A stretch of 64,000 nucleotides of DNA from a virus (taxonomy: Duplodnaviria; Heunggongvirae; Uroviricota; Caudoviricetes), in IMG/VR virus record IMGVR_UViG_3300029841_000003. The stretch is one strand, 5' to 3'. The notes under the pieces are model-generated. The model was not told where the DNA came from and made no database searches. It worked only from the letters and a program-made list of their open reading frames with translations. Both the position numbers and the translations under genes were made by a program. Positions 27,920 through 36,351 of this stretch are shown one piece after another (positions within the stretch are counted from its first letter, which is position 1; every line of letters begins with the position of its first letter).

Positions 27920-28687
27920 ATGGGATTTTTTGATAAGTTATTTGGGAAAAAAGATGAGGAAGCAGCAGTAGAGTTATCTTCTGCTGTAACTCAGCAACCT
28001 GTATATGAAGAAAAGTTACAGACAATTGATATGTCTAAGCACAGTGAAAATCTTGGCAAAGTACTTATTGATATGTCTAAGGGAAGCAAGATTGATATGA
28101 CAAAACATACAGCTAGAGTAGCTCTTGCAATGGATTATTCAGGAAGTATGGATTGGCTGTATGATAATGGATCTGTACAGGAAACCATTTCTCGTTTGTT
28201 GCCTATTGCTCTAAGATTTGACGATAATGGAGAACTTGAGAGTTGGTTGTTCTCAAATGGAGCGGAGCGCTTAAAAGCTGCTAACGCTGATAATTATAGT
28301 AGTTATGTTAAAAATGTTATGAAAAAAGCTCATATGTATATGGGTGGTACTAATTATGCTCCTGTATTGAAAGAAATGGTTACATATTATAAAGATATTG
28401 AGCCAAGTGAGATTCCAGCATTTATCATCTTTATTACAGATGGTGAGAACAGTGACACTTCTGCCACCAATGCAGTTATTAAAGAGCTTTCAGAGTACAA
28501 CATCTTTGTACAGTTCATAGGAATTGGGGATGAAGATTTTGGTTATTTAAAATCCCTTGACAATATGAAAGGTAGAAAACATGATAACACCGGTTTTACA
28601 GCAGTAAAAGACATGAATAAAATGTCTGATGAACAGTTATATACAGAGATTCTTCGTCAGTATAAAGACTGGCTGAATAATAAATAA
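27920..28687 (+). CDS. von Willebrand factor A (vWA) domain protein, TerY-like
   Basis: MIDAS motif DYSGSM, then GGTNYAP and IFITDG, which are typical vWA blocks. Confidence 0.6.
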   Translation: MGFFDKLFGKKDEEAAVELSSAVTQQPVYEEKLQTIDMSKHSENLGKVLIDMSKGSKIDMTKHTARVALAMDYSGSMDWLYDNGSVQETISRLLPIALRFDDNGELESWLFSNGAERLKAANADNYSSYVKNVMKKAHMYMGGTNYAPVLKEMVTYYKDIEPSEIPAFIIFITDGENSDTSATNAVIKELSEYNIFVQFIGIGDEDFGYLKSLDNMKGRKHDNTGFTAVKDMNKMSDEQLYTEILRQYKDWLNNK

Positions 28688-28704
28688 AAAGGAGATAAAG
28701 AGAT

Positions 28705-29343
28705 ATGGCAGTAATCAACATGAGCAAAAATCAGAAAATTAGTATGGTAAAAGAGGATGGTACAGGTATTAAGAACTTCTTCATTGGAGTCAATTGGGAT
28801 CAGAACCGTTATGCTGGTGAAGCAGATATTGACTTTGATATCAATGGATTTTTAACAGATTCAAGTCGCAAAGTAGTATACCCAGAAGATTTAGTAAACT
28901 ATAAAACCTATGAAGATGGGTCTGCATATCCTTGGGTAGATTATTCAGGAGACAATAAAACTGGTGATGATTCTCAGGGAATGATTTTTAATGGAAAGCA
29001 TTATGACGAATATTTTATTGTACATGCTGACACATTCCCGAAAGATAAAACAGAATTTACTATCTGCTTAACAATTTTTAGGGCATTACAGCGTATGCAG
29101 AACTTTGGAATGGTCTCCAATGCAGTTATGACAATTTGTGATTACGACAATCCAGATGGTGATAAGTATGAATATGATCTGTCTGAGAATGAGAACTTTG
29201 AAAAATTGAATGCAGTAGAAATGGGTAAATTATACCGTTACGGAGATGGATTCAAATTCCAGGCATTAGGTTCCGGTTATGTGGGAGGTATGACAGAACT
29301 GTTTAAAAACTTTGGGCTTGATATTGATGAGGGGAGAGACTAA
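28705..29343 (+). CDS. terD: TerD-domain protein (tellurium-resistance/stress TerD family)
   Basis: Blocks align by eye to TerD: ISMVK, GVNWD, SGDNKTGDDSQG, FGMVSNAVMTI, GKLYRYGDGFKFQALGSGYVGGMTELFKNFG. Confidence 0.8.
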   Translation: MAVINMSKNQKISMVKEDGTGIKNFFIGVNWDQNRYAGEADIDFDINGFLTDSSRKVVYPEDLVNYKTYEDGSAYPWVDYSGDNKTGDDSQGMIFNGKHYDEYFIVHADTFPKDKTEFTICLTIFRALQRMQNFGMVSNAVMTICDYDNPDGDKYEYDLSENENFEKLNAVEMGKLYRYGDGFKFQALGSGYVGGMTELFKNFGLDIDEGRD

Positions 29344-30089
29344 TGAACTTATTTGAAATTGTGGTCCTAATAGCTGTAGTAATTAGTATTGTGTTATTTA
29401 TTGCACGTACAACTCAAATTGGTAAGAGAGTGTCACTTAGAGTTGCTGGTACAGCAGACGAAGCAATTCAAAAAGATGCAGCCACCCCTGAGGGAGCTAA
29501 AGCTTATTATAACGCTGCTATTGAAAAGAAAGAAGATGAACTTCAGCAGGAAAATGTAAGATATCAACAGATGCTTGGTAAGATTTCCAATTATGAAGAT
29601 GACCTGTTCCATTTGAAGAAAGATGCCATGAAAGCAGATGTAAATGTAAATGCTTGTGTGGATCGAGGAGATGACGAAGCAGCAAAAGTCTACTTAAAAG
29701 AACAACAGGAGCTGAATGATAAGATTGATTTTATTAAGAGTACATTAAAAGAATGGAAAGAGAATGCTGACGTACAGAAAGAAAAAGTAGAAGTATTACA
29801 GCAACAGCTTAATGATTTAAAAGCAGAAAAAGAAAGTGCTGTTTTAACTTTGGAAACAGCTCAGGCATCAAAAGCTTTTAATGTAACACCGGGAGTATCT
29901 TCTAGTGAAGAGGAAAAGATGCTAGAGAAAGTACGTGACGGAGTTAAAAAGCAAAAAGAGGCTGCTGATGGAGCTAGGATCGTTTATGAAAGTTCTACTA
30001 TTGTGCAAAAACAGCGTCTGGATAAGAAAATGAAAGATGATGAAATTAATAAAAAGTTGCAGGAACTGAAAACAAAGAAAGGCAAATAA
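29343..30089 (+). CDS. PspA/IM30-like coiled-coil protein with N-terminal TM helix
   Basis: N-terminal hydrophobic segment followed by a long coiled coil. Stretches such as DRGDDEAAKVYLKEQQEL resemble PspA (KDREDLARAALIEKQKL). Confidence 0.4.
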   Translation: MNLFEIVVLIAVVISIVLFIARTTQIGKRVSLRVAGTADEAIQKDAATPEGAKAYYNAAIEKKEDELQQENVRYQQMLGKISNYEDDLFHLKKDAMKADVNVNACVDRGDDEAAKVYLKEQQELNDKIDFIKSTLKEWKENADVQKEKVEVLQQQLNDLKAEKESAVLTLETAQASKAFNVTPGVSSSEEEKMLEKVRDGVKKQKEAADGARIVYESSTIVQKQRLDKKMKDDEINKKLQELKTKKGK

Positions 30090-30322
30090 AATGATAGTGT
30101 TAAATATAGGCGTGTTTGTAGTATGCTTATTAACCTGTTTCTTAGTTGGATTCTTTGTAGGGAAGAGAAAATAAGTGTAGTAACAAAAGGTTAAGGTGGG
30201 GTTCAATTCCTCACCTACACTTAAGGAGGTTAAACAATGAAATAAAATATGGAGGTGATATTACGCAAAGAGGAAAACGAATATTAAATAAACCAATTGA
30301 TGACGCATGTGAAAAGGAAATT

Positions 30323-30505
30323 TTGGCACCAACAAAAAGAGTGATCACTGTAGAAGCTGAATACGACTTGACTGATCCTAAATTAATTGGAGCAAAAATA
30401 ACTGACAGAGATATAGTAGAAGAATTGGTAAAAGATGAGTTTATTACATCTTTTGAGCAAAATGATGGATTTGTAAGTTTGACAGTAACTTGTAGTGATT
30501 ATTAG
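30323..30505 (+). CDS. hypothetical small protein
   Basis: 60-aa ORF. Confidence 0.25.
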   Translation: MAPTKRVITVEAEYDLTDPKLIGAKITDRDIVEELVKDEFITSFEQNDGFVSLTVTCSDY

Positions 30506-30516
30506 GAAGGAGAAAA

Positions 30517-30939
30517 ATGATTAATAGTTTTACTGGAGATTATTACTTTTTAAGTAACTTTTATATGGCCCCGGTAAGTTATAACGGATGGGACTATACA
30601 AATAATGAAGCAGCTTTTCAAGCACAGAAAACAAAAAATCGTAGACTAAAATTTCAGTTATTCTCTCAAGCTAGCCCATCAGAAGCAAAGGCAGCAGGTA
30701 GAAAGATTGATTTGAGATCAGATTGGGAAGAAGTGAAAGATAAAGTAATGTATGAAATCGTACTGGCTAAATTCACTCAGAATCCAGACCTTAAGGAAAA
30801 ATTACTTGCTACAGGAGATGAATATTTGGAAGAGGGTAATACTTGGGGAGATACTATTTGGGGAACTGTAGATGGAGTTGGAGAAAATAGGCTTGGGAAG
30901 ATACTTATGAGAGTGAGAGATGAATTAAATGAAACTTAA
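30517..30939 (+). CDS. NADAR (YbiA/DUF1768) domain protein
   Basis: FTGDYYFLSNFY...AFQAQK...W..VK..VMYEIVLAKFTQNPDLKEKLLATGDEYLEEGNTWGDTIWG matches the NADAR family pattern (F.G....LSNF...Eh.fqA.K...W......M...l.KF.q...l...Ll.Tg...L.E....D..WG). Confidence 0.65.
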   Translation: MINSFTGDYYFLSNFYMAPVSYNGWDYTNNEAAFQAQKTKNRRLKFQLFSQASPSEAKAAGRKIDLRSDWEEVKDKVMYEIVLAKFTQNPDLKEKLLATGDEYLEEGNTWGDTIWGTVDGVGENRLGKILMRVRDELNET

Positions 30940-31055
30940 CATATTTTTTATCATTCTTGATGCTATTTTTATAGCAGTATCATTGGTAGACCTTATTACT
31001 TATAAAAATTTATTTAGTTTAATGCTAGTAGCTTTTTTCGCTTGGACATTTGTAA

Positions 31056-31340
31056 TTGATATTAAAGAATATAAAGGAGACAAATAACATGGTAAAAACA
31101 TTAAAAGAAACAACAGAAATGATGGTTAGCCCAGATTATAAAGAAAGATTCAAAGCTGAATATTACCAGTTAATGCTTAGATTCAGAGGTTTACAGTCTA
31201 TGCTCTTTAAATGGGACAATGGAACTCTTAGTTTTGAACCAACATGCCCAAGAAGTACTTATAATATTCAGATTGATGCTATGGCAAGCTATTTAGCTAT
31301 CTTAGAAGCTAGGGCTGTTATGGAAGGTATTGAATTATAA
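31056..31340 (+). CDS. hypothetical protein
   Basis: 94-aa ORF. Confidence 0.3.
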   Translation: MILKNIKETNNMVKTLKETTEMMVSPDYKERFKAEYYQLMLRFRGLQSMLFKWDNGTLSFEPTCPRSTYNIQIDAMASYLAILEARAVMEGIEL

Positions 31341-31518
31341 AGGAGAGAGTATGAATCCAGTATTTGTATTTTTAATATTGGTTGGAGCTGTAGTTTTATG
31401 GTTCCTATTATCTGCATTGTTTTATCCATTCGGACGATTCTTGCATAGAATTTGGAAAGATGCAGTAGACGAAATAAACAGAGAAGAAAATAAAGAAAAA
31501 GATAAGGAGAATGAGTAA
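31330..31518 (+). CDS. small membrane protein
   Basis: 62 aa with a TM helix (VFVFLILVGAVVLWFLLSALFYPF). Confidence 0.3.
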   Translation: MNYKGESMNPVFVFLILVGAVVLWFLLSALFYPFGRFLHRIWKDAVDEINREENKEKDKENE

Positions 31519-32489
31519 TGAAAAAGAAAAAAGGTTTTTTAGGTGGGGTTGGATTAGCAGTAATAATTGCAGCAGGATTAATTTGTGTAGCAAAGTGCAC
31601 AGTAAGAGTTCCTGCTGGTTATGTAGCTGTAGAATACAAGATGAACGGTGGAATTTCAAAAGATACTCTTTCACAGGGATGGAATTTGATTTCACCTACA
31701 GTAAAAACATCACTGTATTCAATTGGTATTGAACAGTCTTATCTGACTTCAGAAGATAAAGGTGATTCACCAAAAGATGAGAGTTTTAAAACTCCTACCG
31801 CAGATGGGAAACAGCTTCTTGTTGATTTGGAATTCTCTTATAAATTCGATCAGGATCAAGTTGCTGATGTATTTACAAGATTTAAAGGTCAGTCCGGAGA
31901 AAGTGTAAAAAATACTTTCATTAAACCAAAGATGAAAGCGTGGACACAGGAAGTAACTGCTAAGTATCCGGTAACAGATGTATTTGGTGATAAACGCCAG
32001 GAACTGAATGAAGCACTTGACAAATACTTGAAAAAGAAATTTGAGCCATATGGAATCATCATTGATACTGTAAACTTTACTTCAATTTCTACAGATGATG
32101 AAACTCAGGCTGCTATTCAGAAGAAGGTAAATGCACAGCAGGAACTGGAACTTGCAAATATTGAAGCTAAGACTGCAAAGGTACAGGCAGATAAAGATAA
32201 GGAAGTTGCTCTCATCGCAGCGGAGCAGGATAAAGAGAAAGCCGCTATTGAAGCTGAACAGGCGAAAATCACTGCGGAAGGTAAAGCTGAAGCTACAAGA
32301 ATTAAAGCGGATGCTGAAGCAGAAGCAAATAAAAAGATCGCTGAGTCACTTACTCCAGAACTTATTGAGAAACAGAAGATTGATAAGTGGAATGGTGATG
32401 TGCCGAAGGTACAAGGTGGAAATGCTGCAACAATTGTTGACGCAGGAGAATTAACATCAGGCAATGTAGCAACTGTTGAAAATAAATAA
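31518..32489 (+). CDS. SPFH/band-7 (prohibitin/HflC-like) domain membrane protein
   Basis: N-terminal TM helix, an SPFH-like core (VPAGYVAVEYKMNGG ... TVNFTSIS) and a C-terminal Ala/Glu/Lys-rich coiled coil. Confidence 0.65.
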   Translation: MKKKKGFLGGVGLAVIIAAGLICVAKCTVRVPAGYVAVEYKMNGGISKDTLSQGWNLISPTVKTSLYSIGIEQSYLTSEDKGDSPKDESFKTPTADGKQLLVDLEFSYKFDQDQVADVFTRFKGQSGESVKNTFIKPKMKAWTQEVTAKYPVTDVFGDKRQELNEALDKYLKKKFEPYGIIIDTVNFTSISTDDETQAAIQKKVNAQQELELANIEAKTAKVQADKDKEVALIAAEQDKEKAAIEAEQAKITAEGKAEATRIKADAEAEANKKIAESLTPELIEKQKIDKWNGDVPKVQGGNAATIVDAGELTSGNVATVENK

Positions 32490-32509
32490 TTAATAATGAG
32501 GGTAACGTA

Positions 32510-32770
32510 TAGTGAGAACTGTGGACATATACCACACTGACGGTAGTGTAGGGATTTTGCGTCAGTATAAAGAGGTGGCTGCGTAGGGTGAGGATAACGT
32601 TAACAACTACGAATTGTAATGTTGGCCCAAAGCAAGTAAGTATAGTTATGATATCTGCTGCCATAGGCAACACCTCCTTCAAAAATAATGTGTGATACAA
32701 TCCCATATCACATTACCCATTCAGAAGATCCTCACCCGGTACAGACCTGGGATCAATAGTATTGTACTTT
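32510..32770. ncRNA. candidate structured ncRNA or regulatory leader (GC-enriched intergenic island)
   Basis: ~290 nt with no ORF. GC is visibly higher than in flanking phage DNA. Several inverted repeats are present, including CTGACGgtagtgtagggattttgCGTCAG and CCTCACC...GGTGAGG. Confidence 0.2.
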
Positions 32771-32777
32771 AGGTGAG

Positions 32778-32981
32778 GTGGTTTGTCAATATAAGGAGAG
32801 TACAATGATAAAAACTACGATTACGGAGACAACTAAAAAATATGATAAAGAAGGCCATCTTATTGAGGAGACAACTAGAACTGAAACTACTGAGGATAAT
32901 ACTATAACATTTAGTTCTTACCCCTATGGGACAACTCAGAAGGATTGGACCTTAACTACAAATGTAGGAGAGAGTTTATGA
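32778..32981 (+). CDS. hypothetical Thr-rich small protein
   Basis: 67-aa ORF with RBS AAGGAGAG. Confidence 0.3.
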   Translation: MVCQYKESTMIKTTITETTKKYDKEGHLIEETTRTETTEDNTITFSSYPYGTTQKDWTLTTNVGESL

Positions 32982-33343
32982 AAAAGAAAGTATTAAGTAT
33001 TTTAGGAGTTCTATTGATAAGTATTTCAACATTAACTGGTTGCGCTAAATGCATTGATAAAAAAGAGGAAAGTGTGAAGGTCACAGTTGTAAATGAATAT
33101 TATAAACCTAAAGAAACCCGTTTTACAGGTATGGTTAATCATGTTCCGCAATTTCGAACTGATTATGCTGAATATGAAATTACGGTAAATTATAACGGAA
33201 CTGAATATTCACTTAATGATGAAAGTACATATCGTAAATATCATGGAAGAATAGGGCAAACAGTGTCTGCCGTATTGATTACAAAAACATACGATAATGG
33301 CAAGGTAAAACAATGGATTGATAGTTTAGGAGGAATTAAGTGA
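32945..33343 (+). CDS. putative lipoprotein
   Basis: Signal peptide followed by a lipobox (LISISTLTGC). Confidence 0.45.
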   Translation: MDLNYKCRREFMKKKVLSILGVLLISISTLTGCAKCIDKKEESVKVTVVNEYYKPKETRFTGMVNHVPQFRTDYAEYEITVNYNGTEYSLNDESTYRKYHGRIGQTVSAVLITKTYDNGKVKQWIDSLGGIK

Positions 33344-33582
33344 TTAAGCAAACCATGGGATGGATTTCTGCTATATGTGGAGTAATTGGAGCTGTATGTA
33401 GTGGTTGGAAGTTAATGCTTTTGCCAGTAGTAACAATATTAAACATGATTGCAGATAAAAAATTAAACCTGTGTATTTTACTAATTTCAATTATGAAAAT
33501 GTTTTTTGCGATACCCATAGCATATTTCATGATTCTTATAGGATTTTCAATCGCTACATATTGTTGGAGGTGGTGGAAATAA
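33340..33582 (+). CDS. small membrane protein (2 TM)
   Basis: Hydrophobic 80-aa ORF. Confidence 0.3.
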   Translation: MIKQTMGWISAICGVIGAVCSGWKLMLLPVVTILNMIADKKLNLCILLISIMKMFFAIPIAYFMILIGFSIATYCWRWWK

Positions 33583-35270
33583 TTTGGATTACGGGTGATA
33601 CACATGGGGGTTGGATCCATAGATTAAATATGGACTCGTTCCCGGAGCAAAGAGAGATGACTAAAGATGACTATGTAATTGTTCTTGGAGATTTTGGGAT
33701 ATGGAGAGATTCACCTCAGCAAAGGTGGTATCTGAATTGGCTTGAAGAGAAGCATTTCACAACACTCTTTATTGATGGAAATCATGAATGTTTTCACAAA
33801 GATACAGATATTTTAACAATTAATGGTTGGATGAATATAAAAGATGTTGTTGAGAGTAAGGAAAATATTCTTGTAGCTTCAGTAAACATGGAAAATCACA
33901 ATATTTCATATTCGAAACCATTAAAAAAAGTTGTAAATTATTGTGATAAATTAATTGAAATTACAAGCTCTAATTTTAAGCAATGTGTTACTTTGAATCA
34001 TGATATTATAGTAAATAACAAAAAAATTAAAGCGAATGAATTATTAAAAAATAAATTTCGTATTGAAGACTTTAGATTTCATATAAATAATATAAATCCA
34101 GGAATTAATATAAGAAATGAGATTATTGAATTAATAACATCTGTTATCATGGACGGAACAATCGTTGATTATAGTCAAATAGATAGCAATTCAAAAAAAA
34201 TGAGAGTGCAATTCCATTTAAAAAAGCTTAGAAAAATAGCATACATAAAAAGTATCCTTGATAGATGCAAGATAAAATATACTGAGAGATATATGGGACA
34301 AAGTGAATGTTATTTGAATATTTATGGAGATGATGCAAGATATATAAATTCATTTTTAACAGGAATAAAGCAAATACCTTGTGAGTGGAGAAATATGTCA
34401 GATATTCAATTTATGTACTTTCTTAATGCTATAGTTAATACAGATGGAACATCATCTGGGAACAATATCGTATGGAGGACCACATCAAAGCATAACGTTG
34501 ATATTGTAACCGAGCTATGCATTAAAAATAATTATGATATCAATGTGATTACTTTAGATAATGCATCAGGCTACACTAATGATGGCTTAGTTCAATATCA
34601 AATTTCTATAGGGAAAAATAAGCGACTTGATGAAAAAATTAAATATGAAATTATTGAGTACAACGATAATGTATACTGTTTGACAATGGATAATGGTACT
34701 TTAATAACACGATACAAAATGTGTCCTGTAGTGAGCGGTAATTGTTACGATATATTAGATTCTTATCCAGTAGAAGAATGGCATGGAGGTAAGGTGCATT
34801 TTATTAAACCATCAGTAATTCATCTCATGAGAGGACAAGTATTTGATATAGACGATTTAAAATTTTTTACTTTTGGCGGAGCTGCAAGTCATGATATTTC
34901 AGATGGAGTATTAGAGATTGACGATCCAAGAATAAAGGAATGGAGGTATGATCCAGATAAGATGTATCGAATCAATCATATTTCATGGTGGGAGCGAGAA
35001 ATGCCAAATCAAGAAGAGATGGATGAAGGTATAAAGAACCTGGCAGAACATGACAATAAAGTAGATTTTATCCTGACACATTGTACAGCTTCTTCTACAG
35101 CAGCATTATTATCACATGGATTATATAAACCGGATAAGCTAACTGATTATTTGGAAGAGATCAGATGTAATGTTGACTATGGACGTTGGCTGTGTGGGCA
35201 TTACCACGACAATAAAGCAATAACGACAAAAGATATAGTTCTATATGAACAGATTGTGAGGATCGCATAA
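33573..35270 (+). CDS. calcineurin-like metallophosphoesterase interrupted by an intein
   Basis: GTG start after RBS GGAGGTGG. Metallophosphoesterase motifs GDTHGG, GDFG and GNHE. The intein (33789-34742) is inserted immediately after GNHE. The extein resumes with CYDIL...GGKVHF...GHYHD. Confidence 0.6.
   Translation: MEIIWITGDTHGGWIHRLNMDSFPEQREMTKDDYVIVLGDFGIWRDSPQQRWYLNWLEEKHFTTLFIDGNHECFHKDTDILTINGWMNIKDVVESKENILVASVNMENHNISYSKPLKKVVNYCDKLIEITSSNFKQCVTLNHDIIVNNKKIKANELLKNKFRIEDFRFHINNINPGINIRNEIIELITSVIMDGTIVDYSQIDSNSKKMRVQFHLKKLRKIAYIKSILDRCKIKYTERYMGQSECYLNIYGDDARYINSFLTGIKQIPCEWRNMSDIQFMYFLNAIVNTDGTSSGNNIVWRTTSKHNVDIVTELCIKNNYDINVITLDNASGYTNDGLVQYQISIGKNKRLDEKIKYEIIEYNDNVYCLTMDNGTLITRYKMCPVVSGNCYDILDSYPVEEWHGGKVHFIKPSVIHLMRGQVFDIDDLKFFTFGGAASHDISDGVLEIDDPRIKEWRYDPDKMYRINHISWWEREMPNQEEMDEGIKNLAEHDNKVDFILTHCTASSTAALLSHGLYKPDKLTDYLEEIRCNVDYGRWLCGHYHDNKAITTKDIVLYEQIVRIA
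33789..34742 (+). mobile_element. intein with LAGLIDADG homing-endonuclease domain
   Basis: Begins with block A CFHKDTDILTINGWMNIKDV (C..DT.I....G). Two LAGLIDADG-like motifs are present (LITSVIMDGTIV and FLNAIVNTDGTSS). Ends VVSGN, followed by the extein Cys (+1 C at 34743). 318 aa in frame. Confidence 0.6.
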
Positions 35271-35482
35271 TGGCAGAGCTTACAGAAAACGCTAAAGATT
35301 ATATTGAATGTCTAAAAGATATATTACAAAGAAAATATCTACTGTCAGGTGAGAAAGCTTTAGATATGATTGCAACTTCTTATATTATGGAGTCTCTTAT
35401 TGATTACCCAGAAGAGACATTACATGATGATATTGAAGCACATGCAGATAATATTTATGAAGATTGGATAGGTGAGCTATGA
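35270..35482 (+). CDS. hypothetical small acidic protein
   Basis: 70-aa ORF whose start overlaps the upstream stop. Confidence 0.3.
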   Translation: MAELTENAKDYIECLKDILQRKYLLSGEKALDMIATSYIMESLIDYPEETLHDDIEAHADNIYEDWIGEL

Positions 35483-35627
35483 AAACATTTTTATCAATTT
35501 TGAATATTCTATGCTGGGGTATTCTAGGAGCCTATTGTTCATCAATAGGGATACATGGAACAAGATTTTATATAATATTACTAATTGTTGGCGTTATTGA
35601 TATACTTAGTGTTGTGGTGAGTAGCTT

Positions 35628-36185
35628 ATGAATTATTATATTTCAGACTTACATATTGGTCACACAAATGCATTGGCATTCGATGCTAGACCATTTAAGA
35701 CAATAGAAGAGAACGATGAAACTATTAAAAATAATTGGAATTCAGTAGTTGGCTTAGATGATGATGTTTATCTTTTGGGAGATATTAGTTGGTATGGCTC
35801 AACTAAAACATTGGAGTATTATAGCCAGTTAAATGGTAGGATTCATTTAATAAAAGGAAATCATGATAATAAGATTCTGAAAAACAAAGATTTACAGAAT
35901 TTATTTGTAGAAATAGTTGATTATAAAGAACTATACCTTAATCCAAAAGAGAGTATTATTCTTTGTCATTATCCGATTCCTTGTTTTAAGAATCATTACT
36001 ATGGTTGGTATCATTTATATGGACATGTACATACAGGTTTTGAAAATAATATGATGCAAAGAACAAAGTATGAAATGGAAAATCTATATAATACACCATG
36101 TAAAATGTATAATGTCGGAGCAATGCTGCTGAATTATACTCCTAGAACTTTAGAAGAAATAACAGGGGGAGCTACGTGTTTATAA
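35628..36185 (+). CDS. metallophosphoesterase (calcineurin-like)
   Basis: Motifs DLHIGH, LLGDI, GNHD, CHYP and GHVH. Confidence 0.6.
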   Translation: MNYYISDLHIGHTNALAFDARPFKTIEENDETIKNNWNSVVGLDDDVYLLGDISWYGSTKTLEYYSQLNGRIHLIKGNHDNKILKNKDLQNLFVEIVDYKELYLNPKESIILCHYPIPCFKNHYYGWYHLYGHVHTGFENNMMQRTKYEMENLYNTPCKMYNVGAMLLNYTPRTLEEITGGATCL

Positions 36186-36351
36186 CTAGAAAAAAGATGA
36201 AAAAGAAAATTACTGATACATATAACAAAGGATTCCATATAGGAAAACTTTATGGTGTTACTAAAATATATAACGAAGTAAAAGGAGGCAACACAGATGT
36301 AATTGATCTGTGCAAGAGAATTATGAGTGAGAAAGAGGTATTCAATACTTA

